Shown: positions 9,796 to 19,683 of the stretch, one piece after another
Layout: each line of letters begins with the position of its first letter
Numbering within the stretch: position 1 is the stretch's first letter
IMG/VR virus record: IMGVR_UViG_3300011113_000664
Coordinates: 1 to 64,000 of that record
DNA: 64,000 bases
Direction: 5' to 3' (one strand)
From: a virus
Program-made: the position numbers and the translations under genes
Notes under the pieces: generated by a model
Seen by the model: only the letters and a program-made list of their open reading frames with translations
What the model was told of the DNA's origin: nothing
The model's database searches: none

Positions 9796-10674
9796 ATGAA
9801 AAAATTATTAGCAATCTTTTTAATAGGTTTATTTCTTTTGTCCTGTAAAAAAGAAGATTCAATAACACCTATAAATCAACAAGATACAACTAAACAAGTT
9901 GATATTAGTAATGCAAGAATTGCAACTGATAATTTGTTAATGGGTAATCCAAGTAATGCAAGTACATTGTCTACAACAAATTATTTAATGCAGAAAATGA
10001 CTTACACATTATCATATAATTCTACACAAGGTAAACCTAATTGGGTATCTTGGCATTTAGATAATACTTGGTTAGGTTCAGCAACAAGATGTGATTGTTT
10101 TGCATCAGATGTATTATTACCATCAGGTGTTTATAGAGTATCATCTTCATCATATACTAATTCAGGATTTGATAGAGGTCATAATTGCCCATCAGGTGAT
10201 AGAACATTCTCTTCAACTGATAATAGAGAAACATTTTTAATGACTAATATGATGCCACAAGCACCAACAAATAATCAACAGACTTGGGAAAACTTAGAAT
10301 CATATTGTAGAAAATTAGTTTCACAAGGGAGTGAATGTTATATTATTTGTGGTTCATATGGACAAGGTGGAACAGGTTCAAAAGGTGGAACAACATTAAC
10401 TATTGATGCAGGTAGAGTTACAGTTCCAAATAGAATATGGAAAGTAGTATTAGTATTACCAAATGGAACAAATGATATTTCAAGAGTAACAACATCAACA
10501 AGAGTTATTGCAGTTAACACACCTAATATTAATTCAATTAATACTAATTGGGGTGTATATAGAACATCAGTTGATGCTATTGAAACTGCAACAGGTTATG
10601 ATATACTTTCAAGTCTTCCCGATGCTATTGAAGCAACATTAGAATCCGTAGTAGATAATGGTCCAACACAATAA
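9796..10674 (+). CDS. Lipoprotein DNA/RNA non-specific endonuclease (NucA/EndA family)
   Basis: Lipobox LLSC; DRGH catalytic motif; TFLMTNMMPQ..NNQQTWENLE; VPNRIWKVV. Confidence 0.9.
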   Translation: MKKLLAIFLIGLFLLSCKKEDSITPINQQDTTKQVDISNARIATDNLLMGNPSNASTLSTTNYLMQKMTYTLSYNSTQGKPNWVSWHLDNTWLGSATRCDCFASDVLLPSGVYRVSSSSYTNSGFDRGHNCPSGDRTFSSTDNRETFLMTNMMPQAPTNNQQTWENLESYCRKLVSQGSECYIICGSYGQGGTGSKGGTTLTIDAGRVTVPNRIWKVVLVLPNGTNDISRVTTSTRVIAVNTPNINSINTNWGVYRTSVDAIETATGYDILSSLPDAIEATLESVVDNGPTQ

Positions 10675-10700
10675 TTTAAACTATTTATAATTAAAAAGCA

Positions 10701-10994
10701 ATGAAATATTTAATCACAGAAAAGCAATTAAAAACATTGAGAAAGTATATGAAATCTTTTATCAATGAAGACATTAAAATATTTGCACCTCAAGAAAGAA
10801 TGAAATCAAAAGGTAGTTCTTATGGTCATACTGCAATTGGTTATGAATTTGCACCTGAAGGTTTATCTGATGAAGAAGCAGAATCATTTTTAAGAGAAAG
10901 ATTTAAAGGTTATCCTATGTGGGTTCTTGATATTTTAAAAGACCCAAATACAGGAAAAGTATATGCTTATTATGAATATGATACTAGTGATTAA
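10701..10994 (+). CDS. Late protein with ITEKQL N-terminal tag
   Basis: MKYLITEKQLKTLRKYMKSFINED; CTATTTAT at 10681. Confidence 0.7.
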   Translation: MKYLITEKQLKTLRKYMKSFINEDIKIFAPQERMKSKGSSYGHTAIGYEFAPEGLSDEEAESFLRERFKGYPMWVLDILKDPNTGKVYAYYEYDTSD

Positions 10995-11231
10995 TTTTTT
11001 TAACATTTATTAACAAAAAACTTTATCAAATAAGGGTGTTTTTATCAACATCCTTATTTTTTTGTACTATATATAAGAAATATCTATAACCTATTCGGTA
11101 TAGTTTCTATAATTAATCTCCCCATTTTGTATTGTTTATATAAAATTATTTCTTATCTGAAATAATCGCAGAGTGTTTTTGTGGTTTTATTAAAAAACAA
11201 TAAAACAAAAACAATAAAAACAAAAAACAAA

Positions 11232-11675
11232 ATGAAAAGAAGAATCGGTTTAATCATCGCAGCAATCATTAGTATCGTTATACTAATGACACAAACTAGT
11301 TTCGCACAATGTGATACTAAAACAATAAGAAAAAATGTAAATTTTTCTTTGGATGAATATATCTTTGAATCTCTTGCTTATGAATCATACAATCAATTTG
11401 AAAACAAAGAGGTTGTAAGAGCAACTTTTGATTTATTTAAAAATGAACAATATAGATTAGTTGATGTATCTGATAATTTTGAAGGTAGAGTAATAATTAA
11501 TCTTTATGATTCTAAATTTAGATTATTTGCATCTAATGTTTATATGGGAGATGGTAAAATATTTGACTTCACCGCAAAGTATTCAGGTGAATATATGATT
11601 GAGTACATTTTTGATAAAAAAGATATAAATAACCCAAACAACAAATGTGTTGCATTTGGTTTAGGTTACAAATAA
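11232..11675 (+). CDS. Secreted hypothetical protein
   Basis: Start reassigned to ATG 11232 after an A-rich leader; signal peptide MKRRIGLIIAAIISIVILMTQTSFA-Q. Confidence 0.65.
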   Translation: MKRRIGLIIAAIISIVILMTQTSFAQCDTKTIRKNVNFSLDEYIFESLAYESYNQFENKEVVRATFDLFKNEQYRLVDVSDNFEGRVIINLYDSKFRLFASNVYMGDGKIFDFTAKYSGEYMIEYIFDKKDINNPNNKCVAFGLGYK

Positions 11676-11735
11676 TATTTATAAAAATAAATTTAAAAAT
11701 CCCTGTCCTTTGATGGGGATTTTTTTATTTTCTAA

Positions 11736-11868
11736 ACATTGTTTTTAGGGTAACATTGTTTTTTAACTAACATTGTTTCAGAGAGTTACATTGTTTTCCA
11801 ACTGACATTGTTTCAGAGGTAACATTGTTTTTAGGGTAACATTGTTAAAAAAAATTTGCAACATTGTT
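11736..11868 (+). repeat. Eight direct ACATTGTT repeats with about 17 bp period
   Basis: Starts at 11736, 11753, 11770, 11788, 11805, 11822, 11839, 11861. Confidence 0.9.
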
Positions 11869-11888
11869 TTTTTTGTTAATTTTGCAAA

Positions 11889-12203
11889 ATGGAAAGACAA
11901 AATTTAATTGAAGAAATACAGGAAATCATAACCAATCACGGTTCTTTGCATTGTTATGAGGATATTATTGGAAATTGCATGCCACCAAGACCTGCTCACT
12001 TAAATTTAGGTGTTACAAAGGTTGTTGATGGCGTATTTTATGATGATACATTGAAAAAAGGTTTTATACAAGGATTTCATTTAAATTATGTAACTGTGGT
12101 TAATTATAGAAGTGGTAAACCTTTTGATACATTCTCATTAAGTTATGAATGGTTATCTGTAAAATATTTAACTGAATGTTTAAACTTTTTAAGAAGAAAA
12201 TAA
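11889..12203 (+). CDS. Hypothetical protein
   Basis: TAATTTTG-N4-ATG host-type promoter; weak similarity to 20667..20975. Confidence 0.65.
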   Translation: MERQNLIEEIQEIITNHGSLHCYEDIIGNCMPPRPAHLNLGVTKVVDGVFYDDTLKKGFIQGFHLNYVTVVNYRSGKPFDTFSLSYEWLSVKYLTECLNFLRRK

Positions 12204-12204
12204 T

Positions 12205-12411
12205 ATGAAAGTAATTCTTGAATTTGATGGAGTTGAAGAGCAAGAACAATATAACAATGCTCTTAATGGTTGGAGATACAGAGCAATCATATATGATATA
12301 ACTCAAATGATTCGTTCTAAAGATAAATATCTTGATGAAGAATCAATATCATTGGATGAACTTAGATTATTCATTGCCGATAAAGCAAATGAATATGAAG
12401 TATCATTATAA
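12205..12411 (+). CDS. Hypothetical protein
   Basis: ORF abuts the previous gene; plausible composition. Confidence 0.65.
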   Translation: MKVILEFDGVEEQEQYNNALNGWRYRAIIYDITQMIRSKDKYLDEESISLDELRLFIADKANEYEVSL

Positions 12412-12840
12412 CCCTATAATGTCTTCTATTTGTGTTAAGTCTTCTAATTTTATAAAACCACTTTCATAGAAGTTTTCTAATATATCTTTAACAACTAAAA
12501 CATCATCACTACTGATTCCCCATTTATCGGTATCACCATATTTTGTAAATTTTACATTTGTTAATTTGGCTAATCTTTTTGGGCTACCTTTAGTTTTAGC
12601 AATTTGCATTACATATCTCATTATTAGTTTATGTGATGGTTTACTTACAACAATGTTTACAAGTTCACCACCTGTTTCTAATCTTGGTCTATTCTTTATG
12701 GGTAAATTTGGGTCAGTATAAATATCTTTATCTTCTTGTGATGGAAAATATGGATTAAAATCTCTTAATCTACCACTTGCATCAACATATGCTTCTAATA
12801 TTAACTCTTTAATTATACTTTTCAAATTAGAATGTTTCAT
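12406..12840 (-). CDS. Late protein with IIKELILE N-terminal tag
   Basis: MKHSNLKSIIKELILEA; CTATTTAT at 12854-12861 (minus strand). Confidence 0.7.
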   Translation of the reverse strand: MKHSNLKSIIKELILEAYVDASGRLRDFNPYFPSQEDKDIYTDPNLPIKNRPRLETGGELVNIVVSKPSHKLIMRYVMQIAKTKGSPKRLAKLTNVKFTKYGDTDKWGISSDDVLVVKDILENFYESGFIKLEDLTQIEDIIGL

Positions 12841-12940
12841 AATATACTTTTAGATAAATAGTTTGTTCTAAAATTTTTTGCTTATATTTGTAAGATTCTT
12901 TAACTGATTTGATATACTAAGGTATTAAAATTAAAATTTT

Positions 12941-13621
12941 ATGAAAAAAATTCTAATTGCGTGTGAAGAATCTCAAGCCATTACATTGGCTTTCAGAAAG
13001 TTAGGGTTTGAAGCCTATTCTTGCGACCTACTTCCTTGTAGTGGTGGTCATCCCCAATGGCATTACCAAGATGATGTATTCAATGTTATTGAAAAGGAAG
13101 ATTGGGATATGATGATTGCCCATCCTCCTTGCACATATCTTACAAGTAGTGGGGTACAATGGTTATCACATCCCGAAGATAAAGATTTACCTTTTGAGCA
13201 GCGCAGACCTCATCCAAAATACCCTAACAGAAGAAAAGATATGTTAGATAGTATTGAATTTGTTAAAACATTGTTTGATTGTAAAATATCAAAAGTTGCG
13301 ATAGAGAATCCTATTGGTATATTATCTACAAAGTGGAAAAAACCTGACCAAATCATACAACCTTATATGTTTGGGGATGAAGCTACAAAATCAACTTGCT
13401 TTTGGTTAAAGAATCTTCCACAACTTACACCAACAAACATTGTTTCTAAAGGTGAGTATGTTACATATTCAAGTGGTAAAAGAATGCCTAAGTGGTATGC
13501 TGATGCACTAACTAATGCAAAAACTGATGCAGAAAGAAGAACATTGAGAAGTAAAACCTTTCAAGGTATAGCTGATGCCATTGCTAAACAATGGGGTGAT
13601 ACACTACTTAATATAAAATGA
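12941..13621 (+). CDS. DNA cytosine methyltransferase-like protein
   Basis: ILIACEES (motif I-like), HPPC (motif IV), ENP (motif VI); short phage-type C5-MTase-like family. Confidence 0.7.
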   Translation: MKKILIACEESQAITLAFRKLGFEAYSCDLLPCSGGHPQWHYQDDVFNVIEKEDWDMMIAHPPCTYLTSSGVQWLSHPEDKDLPFEQRRPHPKYPNRRKDMLDSIEFVKTLFDCKISKVAIENPIGILSTKWKKPDQIIQPYMFGDEATKSTCFWLKNLPQLTPTNIVSKGEYVTYSSGKRMPKWYADALTNAKTDAERRTLRSKTFQGIADAIAKQWGDTLLNIK

Positions 13622-13775
13622 AAAAGTTATTTATTATAAGTATAATTTTTATTTTATTTTATGCGTGTTCTGCACCAAAAAGTTGCCCAACTTACTCAAA
13701 AATTCTTGAAAAAAAATGTAAGATTTGACTTACCGCTTGATATATTAGGGTATAACTTTATTAAATTTAATTTTT

Positions 13776-14168
13776 ATGAAAAGAGCATTTGATTTATTAG
13801 CATTGCTAAACGATGTTTGTGTTGAATCTTATCAAGATGAAAATTCAGCACAAGAAACAAAAAAAACTTTTGAGGATATGCACAAACTACTAATGATGGT
13901 AGAAAATATACTCATATCTTGGTCTAATACAAACTACTTTATGGTTAAAGCAGTTACACAAAATCAAGATAAAGAACCTATTATTGAAGCAAGGTCTGAT
14001 TTAGGTGAAGATGGGTTAATTATGCTATCTGATGAACTAACACAAGAGTTTGAAGATGAATATTGTGATGGTGGTTTAAAATCTGTTGATAGTTGGGATA
14101 GTAAAGAATACATAGAAAAAATTGTAAAATTTGTCTATGATAAAAACTTTACATTTAAAAGATTTTAA
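13776..14168 (+). CDS. Hypothetical early protein
   Basis: Follows promoter 13717; N-terminus paralogous to 15167..15322. Confidence 0.7.
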   Translation: MKRAFDLLALLNDVCVESYQDENSAQETKKTFEDMHKLLMMVENILISWSNTNYFMVKAVTQNQDKEPIIEARSDLGEDGLIMLSDELTQEFEDEYCDGGLKSVDSWDSKEYIEKIVKFVYDKNFTFKRF

Positions 14169-14249
14169 ATTAATTTGAAATCCCATTAAATTTTTTTGTA
14201 AGATTCTTAAACTCGTTTGATATATTAAGGTACAACAAAATAATTTATT

Positions 14250-14564
14250 ATGGAAACAATCACATTGGATAAATTCTTTTCAGAATACAAACCTCAAATC
14301 AATCATATTGTGAGGGCAAAAACAAATTCAGATATTGCTGATGAAGATATTGCACCTTGGTCGGGTTGTATGTATGAAACCTATGGTGAAGAATATGATT
14401 ATGTTCTTAAACAAATCTATGCAAATAGAAACAATCATATTTGGACTATTATGGAAAATGATGATGAACTTGTACTCGTTGCAGGTCATTCTTTTATTAA
14501 TCGTATGGGTTATGTCATTACCGAAAAAGGTTGGGAAAGTAAATTTGTAATTGTAGAAGATTAA
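14250..14564 (+). CDS. Hypothetical early protein
   Basis: Follows promoter 14197. Confidence 0.7.
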   Translation: METITLDKFFSEYKPQINHIVRAKTNSDIADEDIAPWSGCMYETYGEEYDYVLKQIYANRNNHIWTIMENDDELVLVAGHSFINRMGYVITEKGWESKFVIVED

Positions 14565-14576
14565 AATTAAAATAAA

Positions 14577-14795
14577 ATGGAAAAGATTTTCATGATTAAA
14601 GACAAGTCAGGAAGGGCAGAGCCTTTCACTACTACTGAAACTCATATCAGAAAGTATTGGGATTTAAATGATACTGATGATAATGAAATCGTATTAAATG
14701 ATTTCTTAAATGAATGTGATAGAGGTAGTTGTTGGGAAACAAGTTCAGAGAAAATAATGTATATTGATTTTAATATTAATTTAATTTATGGATAG
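14577..14795 (+). CDS. Hypothetical early protein
   Basis: TAAAATAAAATG start context. Confidence 0.65.
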   Translation: MEKIFMIKDKSGRAEPFTTTETHIRKYWDLNDTDDNEIVLNDFLNECDRGSCWETSSEKIMYIDFNINLIYG

Positions 14796-15036
14796 TACAG
14801 AAAAACATTGGAGTAATTATGCTAAGAATAATCTTATTGGTAAAACAATTAAATCAGTAAGATATATGACCCAATCCGAAGCAGATAATATGGGTTGGCA
14901 TTCAAGACCTATTGCTATATTCTTTACTGATGGTTCATTTATATTCCCATCTATGGATGATGAAGGTAATGATGGTGGAACATTATTTGGAAAAAATACA
15001 AATGGAGAAGATATAACTTTTCCAACTTTGTCTTAA
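14788..15036 (+). CDS. Hypothetical early protein
   Basis: Overlapping start; DDEGNDGG motif. Confidence 0.7.
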   Translation: MDSTEKHWSNYAKNNLIGKTIKSVRYMTQSEADNMGWHSRPIAIFFTDGSFIFPSMDDEGNDGGTLFGKNTNGEDITFPTLS

Positions 15037-15073
15037 AGATTTCCTTGATAGTCATATCTTATTTTTTGAAAAG

Positions 15074-15102
15074 TCCTCCCAAAATTTGGGGGGATTTTTT
15101 TT
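15074..15102 (+). terminator. Intrinsic terminator (long-stem class)
   Basis: TCCTCCCAAAATTTGGGGGGA plus T run; near-identical copy at 27338. Confidence 0.75.
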
Positions 15103-15166
15103 ATCTTTTTTGTAAGATTCCTTAAATCGTTTGATATATTAATGTGTAACAAAACTTAAAAACAAA

Positions 15167-15322
15167 ATGGAAAAAATATTTGATTTGCTTAATATCCTCA
15201 AAATGAGTTGTGAGGAAGGTTTGGATGGTTCTTGGGATTGTTCAACCGAAGAAGGTAGAAAAGCCTTTGGAGATATGATTGATATAATTGAAATGATTGA
15301 AGAAAAACTAAAACAAAAATAA
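15167..15322 (+). CDS. Hypothetical early protein (51 aa)
   Basis: Hand-translated MEKIFDLLNILKMSCEEG...; follows promoter 15111. Confidence 0.65.
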   Translation: MEKIFDLLNILKMSCEEGLDGSWDCSTEEGRKAFGDMIDIIEMIEEKLKQK

Positions 15323-15323
15323 A

Positions 15324-15521
15324 ATGGATTTAAAATATCTTAGAACTTTCATCAAAGAAAAGATTCAGGAATTTCCTGACCTTAAAAGTCGAATGGTTGG
15401 ATTATATGAACTCTGTTTGCAAGAAATTGAAGATGGTGATTCAGAAAGTCATCAAGTAAATTTCTGCATCTTTGATATTAATGAATTGATTGAAGAATAC
15501 CTTGAAGAAAACAAAAAATAA
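15324..15521 (+). CDS. Hypothetical early protein
   Basis: Coupled to the previous ORF. Confidence 0.65.
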   Translation: MDLKYLRTFIKEKIQEFPDLKSRMVGLYELCLQEIEDGDSESHQVNFCIFDINELIEEYLEENKK

Positions 15522-15522
15522 A

Positions 15523-15819
15523 ATGAAAACAAAATCAGATAACGAAGTAGTAAAAAGTTACGAAAACGAATTTTACTTTAATGATGAACCTTATTATATT
15601 CATTATGACATCACTTGGCATTGCTATATGGATGGCATTGGTTCTTATGAATATTGGGGTCGGAATTGTTATGATGAAGGAAAGTTTTGTACTGACCTTT
15701 TAGATATTAACATTACCAAAGTATATGAATTTGAAGGTAATGAAATTGAAATCTCTGATGAAATGAGAAAGCATTTTGAAGAACGAATTGAAAAGTATGC
15801 CGAATATGGTGATGATTAA
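15523..15819 (+). CDS. Hypothetical early protein
   Basis: Start reassigned to ATG 15523 (TAAAATG). Confidence 0.65.
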   Translation: MKTKSDNEVVKSYENEFYFNDEPYYIHYDITWHCYMDGIGSYEYWGRNCYDEGKFCTDLLDINITKVYEFEGNEIEISDEMRKHFEERIEKYAEYGDD

Positions 15820-15830
15820 ATAAAATAAAA

Positions 15831-16034
15831 ATGAGAAACAAATTTGATGTAATTAGCCCCGATGGATTTTCCATTCATTTCTCTGATGTTTATTCATCAA
15901 AGAAAGAAGCAATAAAGGCTTTTCAAGAATGGAAGAAAAGATATGAAAGGCAAGGGTATTATTCTTCAACAAATTATGGAAGAATACCTTTGGATGAATT
16001 AGAAAATTATTGTAGTATCATTAAATTAAAATAA
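15831..16034 (+). CDS. Hypothetical early protein
   Basis: A-rich start context. Confidence 0.65.
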   Translation: MRNKFDVISPDGFSIHFSDVYSSKKEAIKAFQEWKKRYERQGYYSSTNYGRIPLDELENYCSIIKLK

Positions 16035-16036
16035 AA

Positions 16037-16279
16037 ATGACAAATAAATTAATTGAAATGTTTGATATTGATGAAGTATTAAAACAAATCAAAAATTGCC
16101 CTAAAGATGAAGTTGTTATTCTTCTTCCGCATTATTCAATTAACAAATATAACTACTCACAAGAAAACCCCGAAGATGAAGATTGGGATTTCTTTGAATT
16201 TGAAGAAAAACTTAATTGTCCATTGTCTGTAACAGATTATGATGATTTGGTTGCCGACCCACACGGAATTTTAAATTAA
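16037..16279 (+). CDS. Hypothetical early protein
   Basis: Followed by a terminator. Confidence 0.65.
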   Translation: MTNKLIEMFDIDEVLKQIKNCPKDEVVILLPHYSINKYNYSQENPEDEDWDFFEFEEKLNCPLSVTDYDDLVADPHGILN

Positions 16280-16283
16280 ATTA

Positions 16284-16310
16284 TGGGGAAAGAAATTTCC
16301 CCATTTTTTT
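16284..16310 (+). terminator. Intrinsic terminator (GAAA-loop class)
   Basis: TGGGGAAA-GAAA-TTTCCCCA plus T run; identical copy at 18834. Confidence 0.8.
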
Positions 16311-16371
16311 TGTAAGATTCCTTTGCTGATTTGATATATTAAGATGTAACAAATTTCAAAACAAAATAATT

Positions 16372-16899
16372 ATGTTTAAATTAAATGCAATAGATGGTCA
16401 GTTAGACCTTTCAACCTTTGACTTGAAAGCCTTAACAAACAAGGCAAATCAAACTGCCAAAGAAATTCAAGAACATAATAATCAAGTTGCACAAAAGTTT
16501 GTGGAATTGATTAAGGATTACATTTACAAAATCAATGATGTAATGATTGATGAACTTGAATTACTATCATTCAAGTCGGTTAATAAACACATTGGAGATT
16601 GGTATCTTAGCAGAGAATCAAATGGTTTGTCAATGACCTTTGAATTTGGACACGGAAGAGCATCCATTACAATTAATTTCTTTTGCCCAAGAGAAGGAGA
16701 AAAACTTACCTATGATTTTAGTGGTAAAATAATTGTTTGGAAGAATTGGAAAGATAACTATGCCAAAGAAGTATATCCTTTGGAATCAGTTGCACAAGTC
16801 TTTGAAGTTGGTGCTGATGTAATTAAAGTACATATCATTGATAGGGATGTTAAAGACTATACAAGGAAAATGGAATTAGAAAAAATGTTGGATTATTAA
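16372..16899 (+). CDS. Hypothetical early protein
   Basis: Follows promoter 16311. Confidence 0.7.
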   Translation: MFKLNAIDGQLDLSTFDLKALTNKANQTAKEIQEHNNQVAQKFVELIKDYIYKINDVMIDELELLSFKSVNKHIGDWYLSRESNGLSMTFEFGHGRASITINFFCPREGEKLTYDFSGKIIVWKNWKDNYAKEVYPLESVAQVFEVGADVIKVHIIDRDVKDYTRKMELEKMLDY

Positions 16900-16911
16900 T
16901 TTAAATAAAAA

Positions 16912-17142
16912 ATGATTTACAATTTAGATAATCAAGAAGAAAGAAACCTCTATGCTATGAGCAATGAAGAAAAATTAAATCTTTTTCCAAAACTTGTAAC
17001 TATCTTAAAAGATATACAAGATGATGTAAAAGATTACCAAACCGAAAATGGTATCGGAATGATGGATGATATTCAATGGCAACAACTATTAGTTGAAAGA
17101 ATTATTGCATCAGTAGAATCGTTTAACTATAATTTAAATTAA
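16912..17142 (+). CDS. Hypothetical early protein
   Basis: Operon position, A-rich start. Confidence 0.65.
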   Translation: MIYNLDNQEERNLYAMSNEEKLNLFPKLVTILKDIQDDVKDYQTENGIGMMDDIQWQQLLVERIIASVESFNYNLN

Positions 17143-17148
17143 AATAAA

Positions 17149-17412
17149 ATGGAAAAAGATTTTATTGAAAAGATAGAACAACAAAATAAGAAACATATTT
17201 CTTATGTTGTAAGGTGTGATGATAAAAATGCTCCTAAAGAAGTAAAACCCGACACCTTTTTTCGTTTGTGGGAGTTTGAAAACTTATCTAAATTCATAAA
17301 GTTGTGTGAAGAACATAATTTAAAATATGATTTAGTTATTCAAGAATTTAATACTGAAAATGATTCAGTTGAATGTGAAATTGATATTGTTAGTAATAAT
17401 TATTTAAATTAA
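17149..17412 (+). CDS. Hypothetical early protein
   Basis: TAAAATAAAATG junction. Confidence 0.65.
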   Translation: MEKDFIEKIEQQNKKHISYVVRCDDKNAPKEVKPDTFFRLWEFENLSKFIKLCEEHNLKYDLVIQEFNTENDSVECEIDIVSNNYLN

Positions 17413-17418
17413 AATAAA

Positions 17419-17655
17419 ATGGAAAAGTTTACTTGTGAATTTATATTAGCATCTGACCTATTTCGTGGTCTTAATGATTTGTTTGGTGAATTATCAGATT
17501 CGGGTAGAGTTACTTGGGGTGATTCACATAGAACATTGATAACTGCTCAAAGAGTTTTAGATGATTTGTATGATACTGAAAATACAGAAGAATTAGAAAT
17601 TCTTAAAAATAGAATTGGAAATGATTTAAATATATTTGTTGATTTAGAAAATTAA
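17419..17655 (+). CDS. Hypothetical early protein
   Basis: TAAAATAAAATG junction. Confidence 0.65.
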   Translation: MEKFTCEFILASDLFRGLNDLFGELSDSGRVTWGDSHRTLITAQRVLDDLYDTENTEELEILKNRIGNDLNIFVDLEN

Positions 17656-17661
17656 TTAAAA

Positions 17662-17952
17662 ATGGAAAACAGATTTGTATTTAATGCTGATGCTGAAAAA
17701 GCAAAAGTTCAAAGTATCTTTGATGATGTTATGAATGAGATTGAACATAGTCTTAAACAAGGTAATAGAAAAACATTCATCAGAGTTCCATCTGAATATG
17801 GAAGTGAAATAAGACAAATGATTGAAAATGTATTGTTTGTTGGTAATCATCTGTTTGGTTGGAAGTCTTATGGTTCAAGTGGTAGTGGAAGTAAAATCTC
17901 TGAAACTTGGAATGGTATAAGAGAATACACATTAGTCTATTATGGTGATTAA
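17662..17952 (+). CDS. Hypothetical early protein
   Basis: Last gene before the terminator at about 17994. Confidence 0.65.
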   Translation: MENRFVFNADAEKAKVQSIFDDVMNEIEHSLKQGNRKTFIRVPSEYGSEIRQMIENVLFVGNHLFGWKSYGSSGSGSKISETWNGIREYTLVYYGD

Positions 17953-18088
17953 ATTTTAGTACAGGGTTTAATTTCATGTAAATTAGGTTGGAAAATCCCT
18001 CTGAAATTTGGAGGGATTTTTTTTATCTTTTTTGTAAGATTTCCTTACTGATTTGATATATTAAGGTGTAACAAAACTTAAAAACAAA

Positions 18089-18361
18089 ATGATTGATATT
18101 TTCAAAAAACTTGGTGATTATTTTAATCCCAAACAAGAAGAAGTAAAACAAGAAGAAGAAATCAAAGTAATTGGTTTCTATACTCGCAATGGTGATTTGT
18201 TTCTTTACAATTCATTTGATGACCGCTTTGATAATTTTATCAAAGTAGATTTATCCGATTCCGCTTTCAAATACAAAAACAATACCATTGAAGAAGCAGA
18301 AGTATGTATGCAAATTGAAGGTAATGTAGGGGATTTAATGGAACTTACTTTATTTGTATAA
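18089..18361 (+). CDS. Hypothetical early protein
   Basis: Follows promoter 18033; paralog of 39765..39977. Confidence 0.7.
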   Translation: MIDIFKKLGDYFNPKQEEVKQEEEIKVIGFYTRNGDLFLYNSFDDRFDNFIKVDLSDSAFKYKNNTIEEAEVCMQIEGNVGDLMELTLFV

Positions 18362-18399
18362 AAAAAAAATAGTTAAAGAGTTTATAAATTAATTTTATT

Positions 18400-18828
18400 A
18401 TGGGAACAAGAAGTTTAACAAAGTTCATCAGTCAGCACGATGATGAGAAATTCACAATTACTTGTGTTTATCGTCAATATGATGGTTATCCATCAGCACA
18501 TGGTAGAGAACTTGCAGAGTTCTTAATGTCAGGAAAAATGGTTCATGGCTTTGTTCAAAGCGAAGAAAGACAATTCAATGGAATTGGATGTCTTGCTGCT
18601 CAATTCATTGCCGATTTCAAAAAGGGTGTAGGTAATATCTATATCCATGAACCAAATTCAAAAGATTGTGGGGAGGAATATGTATATGAAGTAATTTACA
18701 AATACCCCAAAAGTTTTGGTAAAGTAGATGAAGATTCCCTTACAATGTCTTGCTATGATGTTTACAAAAAGGAAACAATTTTTGAGGGTAATCCAAAGGA
18801 TTTTCACAAAATATTTGAAACTGCATAA
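18400..18828 (+). CDS. Conserved phage protein (MGTRS..YDGYP family)
   Basis: MGTRSLT, YRQYDGYPSAHG, EYVY motifs seen in many phage small proteins. Confidence 0.75.
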   Translation: MGTRSLTKFISQHDDEKFTITCVYRQYDGYPSAHGRELAEFLMSGKMVHGFVQSEERQFNGIGCLAAQFIADFKKGVGNIYIHEPNSKDCGEEYVYEVIYKYPKSFGKVDEDSLTMSCYDVYKKETIFEGNPKDFHKIFETA

Positions 18829-18921
18829 AATTATGGGGAAAGAAATTTCCCCATTTTTTTTGTAAGATTCCCTTACTGATTTGATATATTAAGGTGTAAC
18901 AAATTTTAAAACAAAATAATT

Positions 18922-19254
18922 ATGAACTTTACAGACAAAATTATCGAACTTGAAGCAGAAGCAAAGAAATTTATTCTTTCCAAAGTAAAGGATGGAGAAA
19001 GACTTGAACTTATCTCAAAAGAAGAATTGGATAATATCGAAGATGATGAAATACTTTGGGATTTACCCAATGTTGAATTAAGTAATAAGTATAATGAATT
19101 AATTACTTATGCAATCATTTCCCTTGACAGGAAAGGAGAAAGTCTTGACCTATATGGTTATGCTCTTGGTGAATATCTTGGAGATAAATATATCTTTACT
19201 CCTTATGAACTTACCGCTAATCAAATTTGTAACCTTGCTGATTATCTAAAATAA
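18922..19254 (+). CDS. Hypothetical early protein
   Basis: Follows promoter 18861; paralog of 39988..40329. Confidence 0.7.
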   Translation: MNFTDKIIELEAEAKKFILSKVKDGERLELISKEELDNIEDDEILWDLPNVELSNKYNELITYAIISLDRKGESLDLYGYALGEYLGDKYIFTPYELTANQICNLADYLK

Positions 19255-19255
19255 A

Positions 19256-19459
19256 ATGAATACTTACTTAGGGCAAATAGAAAATGGCAAACATAAAGTA
19301 ATGGTCTATTCCAATGATAATGGTTATGTACTAACATTCCATACTAATGGTAATCAATTATCATATCTTGAATTATTTGATGATGACCATATAATAAGAG
19401 AATTAAGACATCTTGGCTATTTACAATCCTTTATTGATGTTGTACTTTCAATGCTTTAA
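19256..19459 (+). CDS. Hypothetical early protein
   Basis: Coupled start. Confidence 0.6.
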   Translation: MNTYLGQIENGKHKVMVYSNDNGYVLTFHTNGNQLSYLELFDDDHIIRELRHLGYLQSFIDVVLSML

Positions 19460-19463
19460 TACA

Positions 19464-19679
19464 ATGAGAAATGGTGTGTATTATTTAAATAATTCGGGAA
19501 GTAGATGGGTTATCTTTAATAATGGTGTTAAAGATAAAAGAACTTTTAAAACTAAATCAAATAAAGAAATTGAAAGAACTATTCTTTATTATGAAAGTTT
19601 TGGAAACTTCGCTTCCGCTTGTATCTGCTATAAAGGAAAAAAAATAAATGTTCTACTTGATACTATCTTAGAAGATTAA
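19464..19679 (+). CDS. Hypothetical early protein
   Basis: Start reassigned to ATG 19464. Confidence 0.6.
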   Translation: MRNGVYYLNNSGSRWVIFNNGVKDKRTFKTKSNKEIERTILYYESFGNFASACICYKGKKINVLLDTILED

Positions 19680-19683
19680 TCCT

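Noticed and set aside
11736-11868. Mini-CRISPR
   Set aside because: The 8 bp repeat and 9 bp linkers are far too short.
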